A stretch of DNA of 64,000 nt from Orbicella franksi (GCA_964199315.1 OZ116698.1:43710001-43774000), one strand, 5' to 3'. Positions 22,801-37,400 are shown, counted from the stretch's first letter. A program made the numbers and translations. Notes: a model not told the origin generated them from the sequence alone.

Positions 22801-25800
22801 TTATCATATCAGCACGCTCGACATCAATAGCGTTGTAAGCGTTTCCTTATTGCTCGAAAAGTAAAATTGTAGATCTTATTTTCTTTGTTATTTTAAGATC
22901 AATTTTATTTGGGATCAGGAGAAGCGCTGAAGCTGATGGTCAAAGAAACATATCTTGGAATTAGGATGAAAATATTTCTGAGCTTAAATGGGTTGAACCT
23001 GATACGGTTAGCGTTAGATTATAGGCCGTATTTCAGCATTGTTTAAGGACCTTTTGAACTTATCATCTCGTTTTGTTTGTAAAAATATTACGCTGTTAAA
23101 ACCAGATTGAAATGGGTCACCTTGCTTACGCAAATCGGGTGAATAATTGAACAAAAAAATCTAATTTTACAGTTGTTAACTAAATTTTCTTCATATGATT
23201 CAATGTTTTAAAAATTCTCATAGTTAAGTAATTCTTTAAATATTTACAAAGATTCACTGTTACTCAGCTTAATTCAAATTCCCACTCATCTGTGATAATC
23301 ATTAATCTTGCATGGGGTCAAAATGGTGCCTGTCGTAAAACGAGCAGTCAAAAGCAGTTTTAGCTAATTTTATAAAAACAAACGTTTTCAGTGTTGCATT
23401 TCTGCCAGACCATTGCATGGAAAATTCGTTTAGCTTGTTTCCTTTGCTGGAGTGAACAGCTAAACAAACAACCAAAACTACCTCGTTAAACACCAGATGT
23501 TTTCTAAAGTTTTCTTTGAACAATTTTCAAGAAAACTTGTTCGTCTGTTTGCTGTCGTCAAAACAAACCGACAAAAATGATAAGAAAACAATCTGTTTTC
23601 TCGACAAATTGGAAACAGTATATCTAAAGTAAACCATTAAACTCCACCAAAGAAATGTATTTACTTTAACACACGGCGATTTTGCTTTAACCCCTGCAAA
23701 GCTTGAGTAACATGGGTTTTATGACATCTTTTCTTTGTTTTAGATAGGTGAACGGTGCCTTCACAATAGAATGCCAATTTTGGAAACTGATATTCAATGT
23801 TGCGGTGAGGAGGACATTTAATGAAGTCAAACAAAAGGACAGATTTTTATTCACGCCCAGACCAAACCCGAATAACTGACCACCATGTAAAAATTCTTTG
23901 TATCACTGCATGTGAGACAATTTTCTTTACAGATATCGACTGACAGACATGTATCTTTTTGATCAAACCAGACTGGGTGTCACTTTTGCTGGCGAAACCC
24001 AAAAAACGACCAGTCGCTGACTCTGCCTTTTTTATTAACTTCCAGTGGGTTGTTTAGAGAGAATGCTGAAGTCTAACTGACCTAACTCATATCATATCGA
24101 TATAAACATGTCTTCGCTTATTGTAATCAGGTTTTGCCCTGTTACATGTTTGGAAGCAAACAGGGTGTCAGAGCAAAATACAGTATCATGACTCGAAAGA
24201 TTAGTGTTGAATGCCAAAAGCAAATCAAAAAGCAAACAGTTTTCTAACATCGGCTAAGGAAAGCTCAAGAGTAAAATATGTCCTTACCATTTAAGTGATT
24301 GCTTCCATTTTCCTGCGTGCTTTAAGGTGAACAAGAACCAGGATATTTATGAAATCATTCAGAGATTGGAGACAGTCAAAGAGATGATACAGAATTAAAG
24401 CACACTCAGAAAGACCGGTGATATGGCAGTCCTCGTTTTAATTTTATACATATGTAGTAAAATTAAGTTGCATGCCTCTTCTAAAACGACAAAATGCTTC
24501 ACTCGACAGGACTTCCTCATAAGACCCCATAAAGAGCCAAGTCTATTTTTTCCGATGACTCAAACCTTAAAAATGTCTGACGCACATTTCTAAGCGGAAA
24601 AAGTGCCTGTGGTTTGAATTGATCTAAATATAATTCTGCACAAGTAAACAACAGCGCAAGCCACTCTTGATTATGAATAGAGTAAAGTTCCGATATATTC
24701 CGGTGTGAAGTAAGTTAGGAAAATACGGTTTTTAACTGCTCATTACAGTGCTAGCGTATCGGCATATTAACTTGAAAAGGCTTTTTTATTACGTCATTCT
24801 TGGGGAAACATCGATTCAATATGCACTTGCGGCAAAGCAAGGTATATTTTTTCCCTTGTATTTTACTTCAAACATGATATTTCAGCATGGAGGTACTGTA
24901 CATATTAGCACGAAATGAAATGTGCACAGAAAATAATTTCCGTATCGACCTCGGTCGTTGCCAGACCTGCATATTCACCTTCCAATACTGTAGATTTCAT
25001 TGCATCTGTGTTCTTTGTCTTAATACCCATTCATGTATTAAAGAAAATTCCCGCTTATTGTAAATACTTGCTGTATCTAAGACGGTAGTTACTGATAAAA
25101 CTGAAGCACAAGCACTGTCCGACTGGAACACTGACATCCGAATGGAAACAGTAATTAGCCTTTTTTGCGAAACTGGAACCGACACAATAGGACTTAAAGT
25201 ATCTTAAATAAAACCTCAGTGGAACCTTTCGATCGAAATCTCGCGGTCGCGAGCATAAAAAGGGCTTATTCCATACCGTTGTTTTTTCAGACATTTAAAC
25301 CGATTTATCTCCCAAAGCCGAGTCTCTCCTTCGTGACTTATCAACAACATCTGAAAGTTTCACGTGACTTGAAGAAAACATACCATGACTGTTGGTGTTA
25401 AATCGTGTTTTATAATAGTATCACAAGAACTTTAATCTCTCAGCATGAAATTGTAATATTGGTGAAATTGTGAGTGCATCTGGTTTACAGTCCTGTGAGC
25501 CATAATTAGGTATAAAAGAAAACTGCAACCTGCATCTTCAAAGTGTTATCATGTTCTACTGGGTGTGGAAAAACAGGGAATGCTATACGGGGTGAATACG
25601 CGCATTTCACCCGCAGCATTCACAATATAAAAACAGAATATTATAAGTAGATTAGCAAGCAATGGAAAAGTTATGAAAGCTTTAGAAAGATTAGAAATTA
25701 GAACATTATCAACAAAAGGAAAGGAGACTTTGAGGCATCGATTTTCTAATACCCTAGAAAAGAATTTCCTAACCTCTCGTTTTAAACAAAGGCTTTTCCG

Positions 25801-27509
25801 CCGAAAAATGCTTCCAGAAAATTGCCTCAGTCATCGGCCTTTTTTTCGGAATATTAATCCAGAGTTTAGTTAATCGCCTGTAAAAATAGGAGTTTCTCGT
25901 TTTGTTCTGTCCGGTACAGGGAAATCCCGATTCCTTATCTTTAACAAACATCTGAGAATTAAAAACGGGGATAAACTCACCCAGCTTAATCAAGCTCTAG
26001 ATTTGCAGTGGATTATCTAACCTTTTAAAATGCGGTTATTCTTGATTTAATTAATGCGAAATGAAAACAAATTTTTGCAAGGAATGTAGCGCTCTCCGAT
26101 GTTACAAGTGCAACTTTTTTTTTTTGTTTTGTTTTTTTGTTTTGCCCAAGAATTAAGGAATTTTGCTTGTAAACATGTAAAAATTATTGCTGGAGAGAAC
26201 ACTGTCTGTTCGCTTCCTGTTTATGGTTAGTTAGCTTGCTACACCCTTCCGTACAATCAACGCGGGCACAGATCATCTTTGACAAATGAAAAGCAAGATC
26301 GTCCTAAAAATAGATTCTAAGGCAAAGAGTCCTTTACTTGATTTAAAGTTGAGCTTTATTAATTCGCAATGTTTCCATTTGTAATTACACTTGTTGTTGT
26401 CGAAGATTCACTAAGGGCAGGTTTAGTTTAGTTTCAAAAGTTAATGGAGACTTGCTTGGCGAACTCAACTTTTAAATTATATTATTTCAAGCCATTAACA
26501 TTAAGAGGGAGGGTGGATTGAGTAACGTCATAAAAATTCCTGAGGTTAAAGTGGTAGGTGCGTTTTGTATAACGCGAAGATTGCGGTGAGCGAACAAAAA
26601 CTTGAATAAACTGTGATGTCCAGACTTCCTTCCTGCTCAGTTGCAAATTAAATTTTTTCGGGGCAGACAAATCCAAGATAGTTTTGGGTTGCAGAAATTA
26701 TGCCTCGATTGCAATTGTATCGATTTATATCAATGCTCTGAGCATAACAGCTCGGAGGTCCGGAGAAACTGGGACACTAAATTGTAAATCATTAAATGAA
26801 GAATTTTAACGGAGAATGTAAAATCGCTTGACCTGTAACATAGCAAAATTCCTCAGCGTAATTCAGCCATCGACACATGTATAATATTCTCACGCAAACC
26901 GATTCGTATAAAAAAATCCCATCGAAAAGCAAACGTAACCTCAAACACTGATTTTGTTTGCTTTTTGCGGCCGGCTCGAAATAAATGTGAGTTAAATGAT
27001 TGCTCTCCTAATCAATGACTTCACATCTATTGAATTCCAATTTGGAAAAACATTTAGACCGAAAGCTAAACCTAACCATGTCATTATCCCCACTAATCGT
27101 TCAAGTACTACAGATATATATATTTTTTTCTCTGCATGGTCTAATGATGAGAAAAATGCATGCAACACTGGAGATAATTATTTTAACACCTAACGTAATC
27201 GATTCTCTTAGCACGTCGAGCCCATTTCTGTACACTTAACAAAATTTACAGCCTACCAGATTGTCCATATACGCGTTTGTAACGATTTAAATAAAATTTT
27301 CAAACAGTTTATGGGGAGTGATTAGCAAATATTGCTAACGTTCTCCTGAAGTAATGACTTGTGAACAACAATTTTGAAATGTACTTCAAATGTTCTTTCG
27401 CTGGATCGATCGCGAAACGCGTTCGGTGTTTTTCAAAGTCTTTCTCTAGAGGCTTGCACAAGACTTAAGATGACCCTCTTGAGTGGTATAAACAGTCTCT
27501 CGGTGAAAC

Positions 27510-28487
27510 TCACAAGGCGGATCTCACATCTTCTGGTTCTTCGGCAGCGCTTTCCAGTGGCTTCGACTCGATCAACTCTCTGATCATGAAGCTTCGTCGA
27601 GCGTTCGGGACGGGTTGAAATGCACCAACATGCACGTGCGGGATCTCCAAAGACCCATAGCGTGCGGTTGGACGAATAACACTCTGTGGTGTCGGGGACA
27701 ATTGGAGATGAATTGGAGCCGCTACACAAGGTTCATTTGCAGTGATTCTCTGCGGAAAGGCGCTAAATTCACAGTGGGGCGGGAATTGCAAGCTACAAAA
27801 CTGATGGCTAAATCCTTCGACGAACAAACTGAAGTGATGATTCGAGTTCACTTTGCGCACGAAGGCAGGCTCGTTCGGTTTTTGCGGAGGACGACACTTA
27901 AACCTCTTGGCTCGGCGTAAAAAGCTGCCACTTCCAAACATGTCCCCAGAGGCTGGATGCAAAGTCCAGTAATTCCCCTTGCCTGGTTTGCCAAAATAGC
28001 TTCGAGGAACTTTTATAAAGCAGTCGTTCAGGGACAGATTGTGTCGAATAGAATTCTGCCATTTCTGCTGGTTGCTGCGAAAATATGGAAATCGCGTCAT
28101 GATGTATTCGTAGATTTCATTCAGTGTTCTCATGCGATATGGAGAGCTGTCGATGGCCATTGCTATCAATGCGATGTAGGAAAATGGCGGCTTCACTTCT
28201 TCGGAGAGGTAAGGCTTGCTTCTTGACTGCATGGTAGGTTTAGTTGCTATGTTGTTTCGCTTCGGCTCGGGGCTTTTTATATCGGCCGCAAAGAGCGAGG
28301 ATTGGATAGACGGCTGATGAAAGTTTCCTGTATGGTACACCAGTGGAATATCAGAAGTTATTTCCTTGTGTCCGCTCATCGGAACCAGCATAGTGTCAGC
28401 ACTCGACGGGCTTCCTGTGTCTATTCCTGTCTGTTCTTCAACGCGATCCTTCCCGACTGAAGCACCTCTCACGACCGGCAGCTCCAT
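27510..28487 (-). CDS. FoxAB: Single-exon forkhead-box transcription factor, ~325 aa, best fit FoxAB
   Basis: Complete winged-helix domain at 27894-28193 ([14 protein letters not shown]...[20 protein letters not shown]...[29 protein letters not shown]) mixing FoxA-like and FoxB-like residues. eh1-like FMIRELI at 27570-27590. First ATG at 28487. Fox family is certain; the subfamily call is from memory, not a tree. Confidence 0.85.
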   Translation of the reverse strand: MELPVVRGASVGKDRVEEQTGIDTGSPSSADTMLVPMSGHKEITSDIPLVYHTGNFHQPSIQSSLFAADIKSPEPKRNNIATKPTMQSRSKPYLSEEVKPPFSYIALIAMAIDSSPYRMRTLNEIYEYIMTRFPYFRSNQQKWQNSIRHNLSLNDCFIKVPRSYFGKPGKGNYWTLHPASGDMFGSGSFLRRAKRFKCRPPQKPNEPAFVRKVNSNHHFSLFVEGFSHQFCSLQFPPHCEFSAFPQRITANEPCVAAPIHLQLSPTPQSVIRPTARYGSLEIPHVHVGAFQPVPNARRSFMIRELIESKPLESAAEEPEDVRSAL

Positions 28488-28819
28488 GAAAAATTCAATC
28501 AAAGACCTCTTGCACTTATCTAGCGGTTTTGTTACTTCCTAAGCTGTTTCCAGCAGTGAAATCCACTCAGGCCCGTGCGAGTCAGTCTACCTTGCAACAG
28601 TCAACACTGCAACTGATCCGAGAGCTGAGGTCTCGCACTTCTTCAGCGTAAAAGCTTCTAAACTCTTTTATTTTGAACCTGCCAGCAAGACTTCAGACCA
28701 CCCACAAATTGATGTGCAACCTATGTTTTCACAGCAAACCTTTTGCGGCGCTAAATTTTGTACGCTGTCTTCGAGCAGACCAGAAAGTCCTCAGAATCAT
28801 GTAATGCGGTCGAAAGGGG

Positions 28820-28900
28820 TGTGCTTTGACTTGTCAGCTCGGCTCATTTATATCTTTCTACTCATCATTTGAAGGCGGTCGGTCAGCCTTTGATTACTGC
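28820..28900 (-). promoter_or_regulatory. Putative core promoter of the Fox gene
   Basis: TATAAAT on the minus strand at 28846-28852, ~360 bp upstream of the ATG. TCF/LEF-consensus CCTTTGAT at 28887-28894. Confidence 0.45.
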
Positions 28901-31900
28901 GGCACACATGAGGAATGCTACGGCATCTGGTGTAAATTAAAACTATCTGTCAACTCAACATCAACTCCGTTCTGTGCACATTCCTTACAAAAACAAAAGA
29001 GTTCTCAAGTTGTTTAGGGTTGTTTTTCGCTTTGTTATTTTATCTAATTTTATAACATGCGCGTTCAAAGTCCTCTTGAACTGCGGTCGTTAGCTTTAAA
29101 TGCGACTGTTGAGACTCAGAAACTTTGAAAACTAGGAATTTGTACGTAATTCCGTGTATTGATTTCTATTTTAATCCACAAAAAGGACGTATTTCAGGAA
29201 ATGCACGTAGCCTTTAACAAAGTAAACAACAGATTAGATCTAAAAACAAATTAGCAATTAAGCGGGCGATTAAAGCTAGCCGAGACGCGATAACAGATCG
29301 GCTATCACAAGTCCGAATTTAAATGGATTAAAAGTGATTCTTTTTAGCTTTGTGGATTTTTCTCACAAGGTTCTTTACCTAGCATTATTGTTCGAAGAAG
29401 CGTGTTTGGATTCCCAGGCGGGTTTAAGTCAACAGAAACCAGTTAGTGTCTCGAGAATTGTTTATAGTTGTTTTCATGCAGCATGTTTATTTGAATTAAT
29501 GAGTGTAACACGAGCCGTTTATGGAAAAAAGTGCCCAGTCTGACGCGTGCTATAGACAGCTGGCAAAGGAAATGAGCGAATACCTTTGTAAAAAGGCGTG
29601 GAGTAACTAAACAAGTTTGCTTAAAATAATCTGGCAATTTCCATACCAATTTTAGCGCATTGTTTTTAGGTATTTTTGCGGCAGGGTTGTGTTTATAAAC
29701 GGCTTCTAATGGATTTTCGTTGCATCCCGTCGTTTGGAAAAGCGGAATGCGTTGTATAAATAATCTGCAATGTGGATTTGCAATAAAGTTATACCAGCTT
29801 ATTCTAAACCAGACACGAGCCATGCACCTCAGTAAGCAATTTCAACACTTTTTTTTATCAAGGCCGATCCCTTTAATTGTTGTCTACTGGAGCAGTGAAA
29901 TTGGTCCAAGACTGCACTAGCACGTGCTTTTTAGCGTTCAAGCACAGCTTCCATCGCATAATTTCTTTTGAAGTTAAGTTAAGTAAATACCCTCCAAGAG
30001 AGCCATTATCACTGCCTATTGACGCACGAGTGAAATTACATGAACGCGCGCGCGACCTGCGGTCCAATAATTGTGTTACCACATGCGACAAGATGTTGCA
30101 TACTTCTACTTCCTGAAAATCGAATTCCAGGCCCTTTTTCTTCCTGAAAATGGACGCTTCCTTTGTTTTGGGCAGTTTCCGGCAACTGCAGAGTTTTCCT
30201 GTAAATGTTTTCACTTGTAACCAAGCCGAATCTACCTTGTGACCCGTAACATCGTTGCTCTGAAAAAGATTATGGCCATCCACGCGTTACCTTTGCTTCG
30301 TGGTTCCATCGCGCGTGACCTCGCGTGAAAGGTGTCCTAACAGCTGACAACTGAAGTAAGTTTCGGTTTCTGAAGGCAAATATACATTAGATTTCTTTCA
30401 TTTGTCGTCATATCCTTACTGGGGTAGATTACTTTGAAGTGGTGTAATCGCCACAAGAACTGAGTGAATGATTTGTTGTTTATTCGTACCCTCAAAACCA
30501 TCAACATGGGGGATGAACGAATTATCAATTGTACCGTGGGGGCGAAGAGGAAACCTTGTTGTTACACCCTTGTCAGAAATTAAGCTTTAAATTCAAACGC
30601 CGAGGGGTTCCAAGCTTATTTGAAGTACACTTAAACGGGTAACAATGGCTTTTTCGATTGGCGTTTTAGTAAGACTTGGTACGTGACTCTAAGATGGAAT
30701 GTTAGAGTTTGTGGTTTTCTGAATCGAAGCGGCACAAGAGCAACTAAACCAAGGTAACCTCATTTGTTATACATTTAACACACGTTCACCTTTAATCGCT
30801 TGTTATCGGATGTATATCAAAATTGAAAGTGAAAGTTTAATTGCGTTTGGACAGTGTAACTGCGACTCTACAGTCCAGGAGAGCTCTCGCTTTTTCACAA
30901 GGAATAGCAGAAAAGATTGTGGCGGAGAATTCCACAATAAGAGGATAGATACTCCTTACAATGTCTTTAACTGATTACAGATACCATATTTAATCAGCTT
31001 TGACTAAATTCTGGCCCATTTGGTGCCTCAAAGTCTCCAATTGTCGTATCGCTAAAAGGCTTTCGGAATCTGCAATCGATTGCCGGCCAAACTTCTAAGT
31101 TGATTTGAGTGAAAGAATTGAAATTACGTTATAAGCTCTGGTCTGAAAACAATGCGACCTCGGAAAATCCGAGGATTTGTATGCGATACCAAAAATCGGG
31201 TCGCTCTAGATAAGAAAACCAAGCTTAAGGTTATTTTGATGTCGTATTAGGTTAAAAGAAGATTGCGAGATAAAATTATGCTGATTTCGAATGATAATCG
31301 AAACGCAAAGAACTTTCCACGGTTTTGGAAATCTCTTTAGTATATTATTAAAACTAACATTTTTCATAACTTCCCGTTTGTTCTGTGTTGCCAACAATTT
31401 GGTCACATTTTGCAATTTGAGAACCTTTCTCACTAACCATGTAATATTTTCATCAACGATACACAGAAATTTGATGTGAAGTATGATTTAGCTTAAAGTT
31501 TCAAGTAGGCACTATGAAAGAACAAAGATAGGAAAGAATTTAAATTGATTAACAGACACATCGAAAATTACCCTTGATGTTTGGCGCCGGAAGAATTCTT
31601 TACTCATGCCGCTCGGACAGAAATGCTTCAGTTGAACAACTAGCTTCGGCAATGGTAAAAAACCGATTAGTATTAAAACTATTGTCAGGATTCCTCAGCC
31701 TTAATTCTGAAACATCGGGTTGATAAGAATTATTTTTATAATCTGCAATCAAACTATAGTCTGTTATTTTGTAAATTTACGAATTTTTGCATTGGTGTCA
31801 TTTTCTATGATTGTTCATCAGCCATTAATGTATAAGGCTTATTGTTTTAAATTAAATTGGAATGGAGAAGTTGTAGTTAGACATACCAAATGATACCGCT

Positions 31901-34900
31901 AGTTAGCTAGGCTGTACTCTATCTGTAATATTTTAATTTTTTATTTAACTACACGTGTTTTTCCTGAAGCACTTTGCTAAAAAACCCTTAAAGAGGGAGG
32001 ATAATAAAAACTACACTGAAGAAAACAGGCAAACAAAAACTGTGACAAGCAACAAACACAAATTGATTTAAATTTCGTGTTTTTATTGTTTTTTCTTTTA
32101 CTGTACAATTACTCAGTCGTGAATTTCACTAGCCCCTCTGTAGTGCATGTAGGGCGATTTTGTTTCCTTCAATGTTGCACTTAGAGAAATGAGCTCATCA
32201 ATTTGTCCGGACTTCATTTATATGTGGACTCTTCAAAAGATGATTCTATTCACTGTTGTTCACTGTTGGTCACTATTGAACTGAAAAGTTATGATATCTG
32301 CATTAAGCTACCTTTTCCCTCAAAACTGCCTCTGAAAGATTCAGGACTAGCTAGTAAGTAAGGCAAATTAAGTCTATTAATTTATTTAATCAAGTGCTAC
32401 AGATTCACCTTTCCTTTCGCTTATGATAAGTTTCTATCTGCAGTCGCCTGTGATGAAAACGCTTGTTCCATCAACCTGACATTCAAATGAAATCAAAAGT
32501 TACTTAATTTATGAACTTAAATTGCTCATTGTCTTAATCGTTAACATAGCAATTTCAGCAGGTGAAGCAAACAATTACAATTAATATAAGTTCAGTATCA
32601 TTGTCGTATTAAATTAAAACAGCAAATGAAATTTTAAGAAGACAACATAGCTGCATAAGTTGAAAGCAAACCAGATCGATCCATGCATGCTTTCATATCT
32701 TCGCTATTTGTCAAAGTGCCTCAAATGCAACTATTTATCTGGTTAGCCAGCATGGCTTGTTAGCAAGACTGGACAAAGTTAACTCTGATTTAGAATTTAA
32801 AGGCTTGTAAGAGTGTAGTCGCAGTTATTCAGTTAGCGAACAAAATTCAATAACAGAATGATGCTTAATATACGCAGTGCCCAATGTATTCACTTCGATC
32901 ATTCAAAATAAAAAATAGGCAAGAAATTCCTGGGTTTTATTCAAGAAACCCGAGTGCTTATAAGATTGAATTACACATTCAAATGCTATTGTAGAAAACC
33001 GAGAGTTAATTTTAAATAATTTCGTTGATCTTGTTTGCTAAAGTATAGAAACATGCACTTCGCCTTTCTCAGAAGTTGAAAGACATAAAGGCCAATTTAT
33101 TGTATTGCAGTACAAATGCACTCAGTGTCATTACTAAACTTATGAAATTTGGGGCCAGTTTTCACGAAGCTCTCCTCTAAGTTAAAATACATCCTAAGCA
33201 TTGCTTCGTAAGAATAAGCTTTTGCAGTCGAAGAATACTTACGAGACAACTTAATCTAAAGGGCCCTTGTGAATCGTGGCCCCTGTTTCTGATCCCAAAT
33301 CCGAACTAGTCTAATTACAAACTGCCTAATGTTAACGAAACAACCATAAAGTTTACCTTATTTTAAGATTGTTAGACCCTTTGAAACCGGCTGAGTCTCT
33401 CGTGAATACAAGATTTGCCGGAGAAAATCGATCGCTGTGTCTTCATTCTGAGAAATGTTAAAGTGAGGTCATGTTTGTAAAGTCTATTAAGATAGAAAGC
33501 CTTTTCATAAATCTATTCAGGCTGAGGAATTTAACCACAACAATAACTTTGTGTCCGTGTTTAAAAGGTTTTGGTTTTCAAGACACCTCCTCGAAGAATT
33601 GTAGTTCACTGTTTAGAGCGGAGGACTTTCGGAACCACTTCCAGGCTTGTGGTTTCGCCTGCCTGAAAACAAACTTCCTCAGTTGAGTTCGCTGTATGTT
33701 AGTCAGGAGACAGGAATAATCCATTCACGGACAAATGGTTTGGTCGCCGGGCACTAGATTCTTGATTGAGGATTTCCTTTCTTCACCTGAGGAAATAACC
33801 GAGTGGTGAGTTAACAGAATGAATGGATGGATGAAGCTCGATCAATTCGAAAGGCTATGACTGGCGCAAAACTGTATTCGATGGAGCTTTAGCTAGAGTG
33901 ATGTTTAACCTAGAGGTCAATTGGCTTATGCAGGCCAGATTTATATAACTAAACTAGCCATAAGCAGTTAGCCAGTTCCATTCGTTGCTGGTTGAAGTGA
34001 GTCTCTGGGAGAAGTATTGAAATCACTCTTGTGTTTACGTCGACCAACCTTCCTTATCAATAAAGTTTGTCCTGGCAGTAACCGACTTCATGTGATTACG
34101 TAACTGTCACATATAATGTGGACTGAAACAAACATTACTTGATTAAAAATGTGAGGAACTAATACTAGTATAAGAACAATTTTATTCTAAGAAGTAGAAT
34201 GTTTAAGTCTATATTGCCCACTATCAAGCTCTGCTTATAACCGACTGTTATGTTTAGCAAAACTGAATTTAGGTTGGCAATTGGAAATGGTGTGAGTTGA
34301 AACTGAAGAATTCGCGACCGCCGAATTAATGCGAGCGTTAGAGAACAGCTGTAGAGAAATTATGAACGGCCATGTATAAACTTTGTTTCGTTGTTTGTGG
34401 CCCTCGACGTCTTTGAAATCTTCAGGCAAATCTCTCTGCCCTTACATTTAGCTGGTAAGTCTTGATATATTAGTACGTACAATTGAGTACACCTATTTCA
34501 TTTCTGTCATGCTGCATGTCTTGGAAAAATCAGTGAGGTGGTAAGCATTCAATGCTATTCCGAACTGACTTGGAATGAGTTTTTCCCCCAAAATTCTGCC
34601 TGCTAATTCAATTCGCTTGATCACAAGTTTATCACTCTATTTAAAAGGGTGTCATTTGGTCAAAGAACGTCAAAACGTTGAGCTGACACGCTGAATAACT
34701 AGTGAATTAAAATGTCCGTCTTTCATATTTGAAAAACGTCGAAGAAAATTCAATTCGCAGCCTCCGACACTCCAAAATTGCTTTAACAGATTACGTTTCC
34801 GCTTTCGGGAAGGCTTTGTTTTGATTTAAGTTTATAATTTCCAAGCAGAATAAGAGAACTTCTCTAAAACCGGGATTTTTCGAGTGAAATACTATTGTAT

Positions 34901-36639
34901 GAATTGGTACAAAAATCTCGACTCCCCACTAAATTCGGCTAAAAACCGGGGCTGAAAACCAACTTGCTTAGGGATGAATAGAGAAGGATTGGCAAGGTTA
35001 CACAGCAACAAGTCAACAAATTAAGGGATTAATCTACCCCGATGCAAAAGATTGCTACTTCAATTCCTTTAAACATTCATCGAATTCGAGCCAGTCTCAC
35101 TACAATATATATAAGTAAACTGTTCTTCAAATAGTATAATGTGTTTTAATCTCAGAAATATAAAAAGTTCAGGATTTTTGGCCTACGTGACCATGTGGTC
35201 AGTTTGGCAGCAATGTGTTGACAAGACATGTTTTGGAAGCAGGCAGATCTGAATTTTTTCTTACGCAATCAATCGGTTGTTCAGTCTCGAAAACATTTAG
35301 TTCAAAATCTTACCTTGGTTTCTTGCAGAGATGTCTCGCTTCCGGAAAATTGAAACAACAAAGCGATCCATATCAAGGGGAACAGATCCGGGGAATATTT
35401 CTCATATCAACTGACATGTGCACGCGCGAAGGGAATACCGATTGTCCGAAACGGATATTTCGTGATTTCGTCGACGGCTTGATCGGAAGGGCGGGGGTGT
35501 TTATTTGCAAAAAAAGCATGTCAATTAGTTAAAACCGTATGTAGCAATTTGAATAGAGATTACTAAGAAGGGACCCTTGATATTGTTAGCTTGAAATGTT
35601 TTGAATATTGAGCTAAGAGGACAGAAAACAGACGGTGTTAACAAACAAGTTGCATGAAAATGAGTTTTTTTTACTTTTTGCGTGAAAAAGTACAAAAAGC
35701 TCCTTGTTGCCCAGACTTGTCTTTCCTCAAGGGTTAACATTTGTGGATCATAGAATATTAAGTTTCCTTCAATCCCCCAGTTTAAGTGTCAATAACTCTT
35801 AAATCCTTTATTTCTTTAGTTCCAAATTGTATTAAAAGGGCACTATGTTGCATTTTCAATGGATCGCTCGAATTAATGGGGAATGCTGCATTTAATACCA
35901 GTCAAATATGTGGTTTGTACACCACATTACAGCTTTAAGAAAGCGTTCGTTATGTTTCCATATAGACATTTATTTTTACAGGAGAGGAATTTGATGAAGA
36001 TAAACAAGGCTTGTCCAAATGATTAATTTACAGACATCGTGACTATAATCTTGAGATTAATTCATTTACTCTTTTCACTTCTTGTTGATATGAGGCTTGT
36101 AAATGATCATTTAGGCTTTTTCAATAGTGCCAAGTATATTACAGTCTTAAGTCTGTTGTATGGAGAAACTTCTCAAAAATGCACCAAACGTCTAATAGTA
36201 AATTAAACCTCATAAGTACATCGTGAATTTGTTTAAATTAAATATCGATCGTATGACCTTGTATTGTTCGTGCAAAAATTCAGTCTGTGGTTTCTTGATA
36301 TCACCCTCAACCCTGCGGCAACTGTGTAACTCCATTTCGATTCATCTAATTGCAAAAACAAACTCTTAAATGACAATTTATATTCTATGAATTATTTGTT
36401 CAAAAGACTTTGACGCGAGCCGGGGCAAACCAGCGCAAACAGGCACGCGAACAGTCTAATAACAAATTATAACTGATTTTGATATGTAATTAATTAACCT
36501 AGCGACCATTAGAAACATATGCTTTCTTAAAGTCAGGAATCAGCCTGCCTCAGGAATAATATCTTTTTATAAATACAAAGACATTATTATTCTGGTGGAA
36601 TAACACAGCTTTCCATTGATCTTTCTGGGTTTTAAGGGG

Positions 36640-37400
36640 AGAGTATCGGTGAACAATCTCTTTTCGTACATCAATGTTTTTATTACTGTAACATGGATAA
36701 GTATTGTTCAACATTTAGACTGCATAGAAAGGTTCCTGTCGGGGTAAACCAAGAATTTTTCAGTGTTTTAGATATAAAGTGTGTCGTAACCATTTTTAAT
36801 ATAGGGGAATGGTTATGAAACTCGACAAAGTTCTTTGTTGTACGTTTTTGTTCTCTTTTTTGGCCTTGACCGTGCACAAAATACAATAGTTGTTTACTAC
36901 TGACCGAAAAACTAACCAATAGAAACGTTTTGATTACGTAACTTATGCATAATGTATGAACGCAAAACAAAAGATTGTGCACGGTCGTGGACCTTCCAAC
37001 ATAAGTCTTGGCATCTTTGCTTGCTCCTTTGATGTTTGCCTGGCTTCGTAAGCATTCTCCTCTATTAACTATGGTCGCAACTATACACTTATTGATAATT
37101 TGATCGTTGATTTGCTGCAGTAATCCCTATAAATCTTGTTGATTCAACTTCCCTAATCTCTTTATTGTTTGCTTTTATCCTTAATTCTTCGGTTTTTCTA
37201 CTTCTTCGTTTTCGTTTTAAATTCGTTTTGGCTCTAATCGCGAGTATACAAAATGTCTCGTTCAGGTAGTTTTGACATCTTTGTGAGAGTAAACACATGT
37301 AACATCGTCTGCAAAAAGAATAAGTGATACGATGTCAGAATTTCACCTTTAAAGAAGATTATATTCAAGAATGGGCCTAAAGCCTATTAAAGCAACCACG
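36640..37400 (-). mobile_element. Old, heavily decayed LINE RT relic
   Basis: Minus-strand remnants in order: LGPFL, LILFADDVTCVYSHKD, ELRIKANNKEIREVESTRFIGI. Multiple stops and frameshifts. Confidence 0.6.

Larger units (their letters stand above)
12989..23366 (+). repeat. Tandem segmental duplication, copy 2 (~10.4 kb)
   Basis: Begins with the 3' part of the MITE only (no left TIR). Ends at AGCTA 23362-23366, where similarity to copy 1 (AGCTA 12989-12993) stops. Carries the LINE and lacks the 4170-4812 element. Confidence 0.95.

Noticed and set aside
27433-28226. ORFs overlapping the Fox gene (27433-27729, 27615-27920, 27957-28226)
   Set aside because: Alternative-frame or antisense shadows of a GC-richer CDS, with no motifs.
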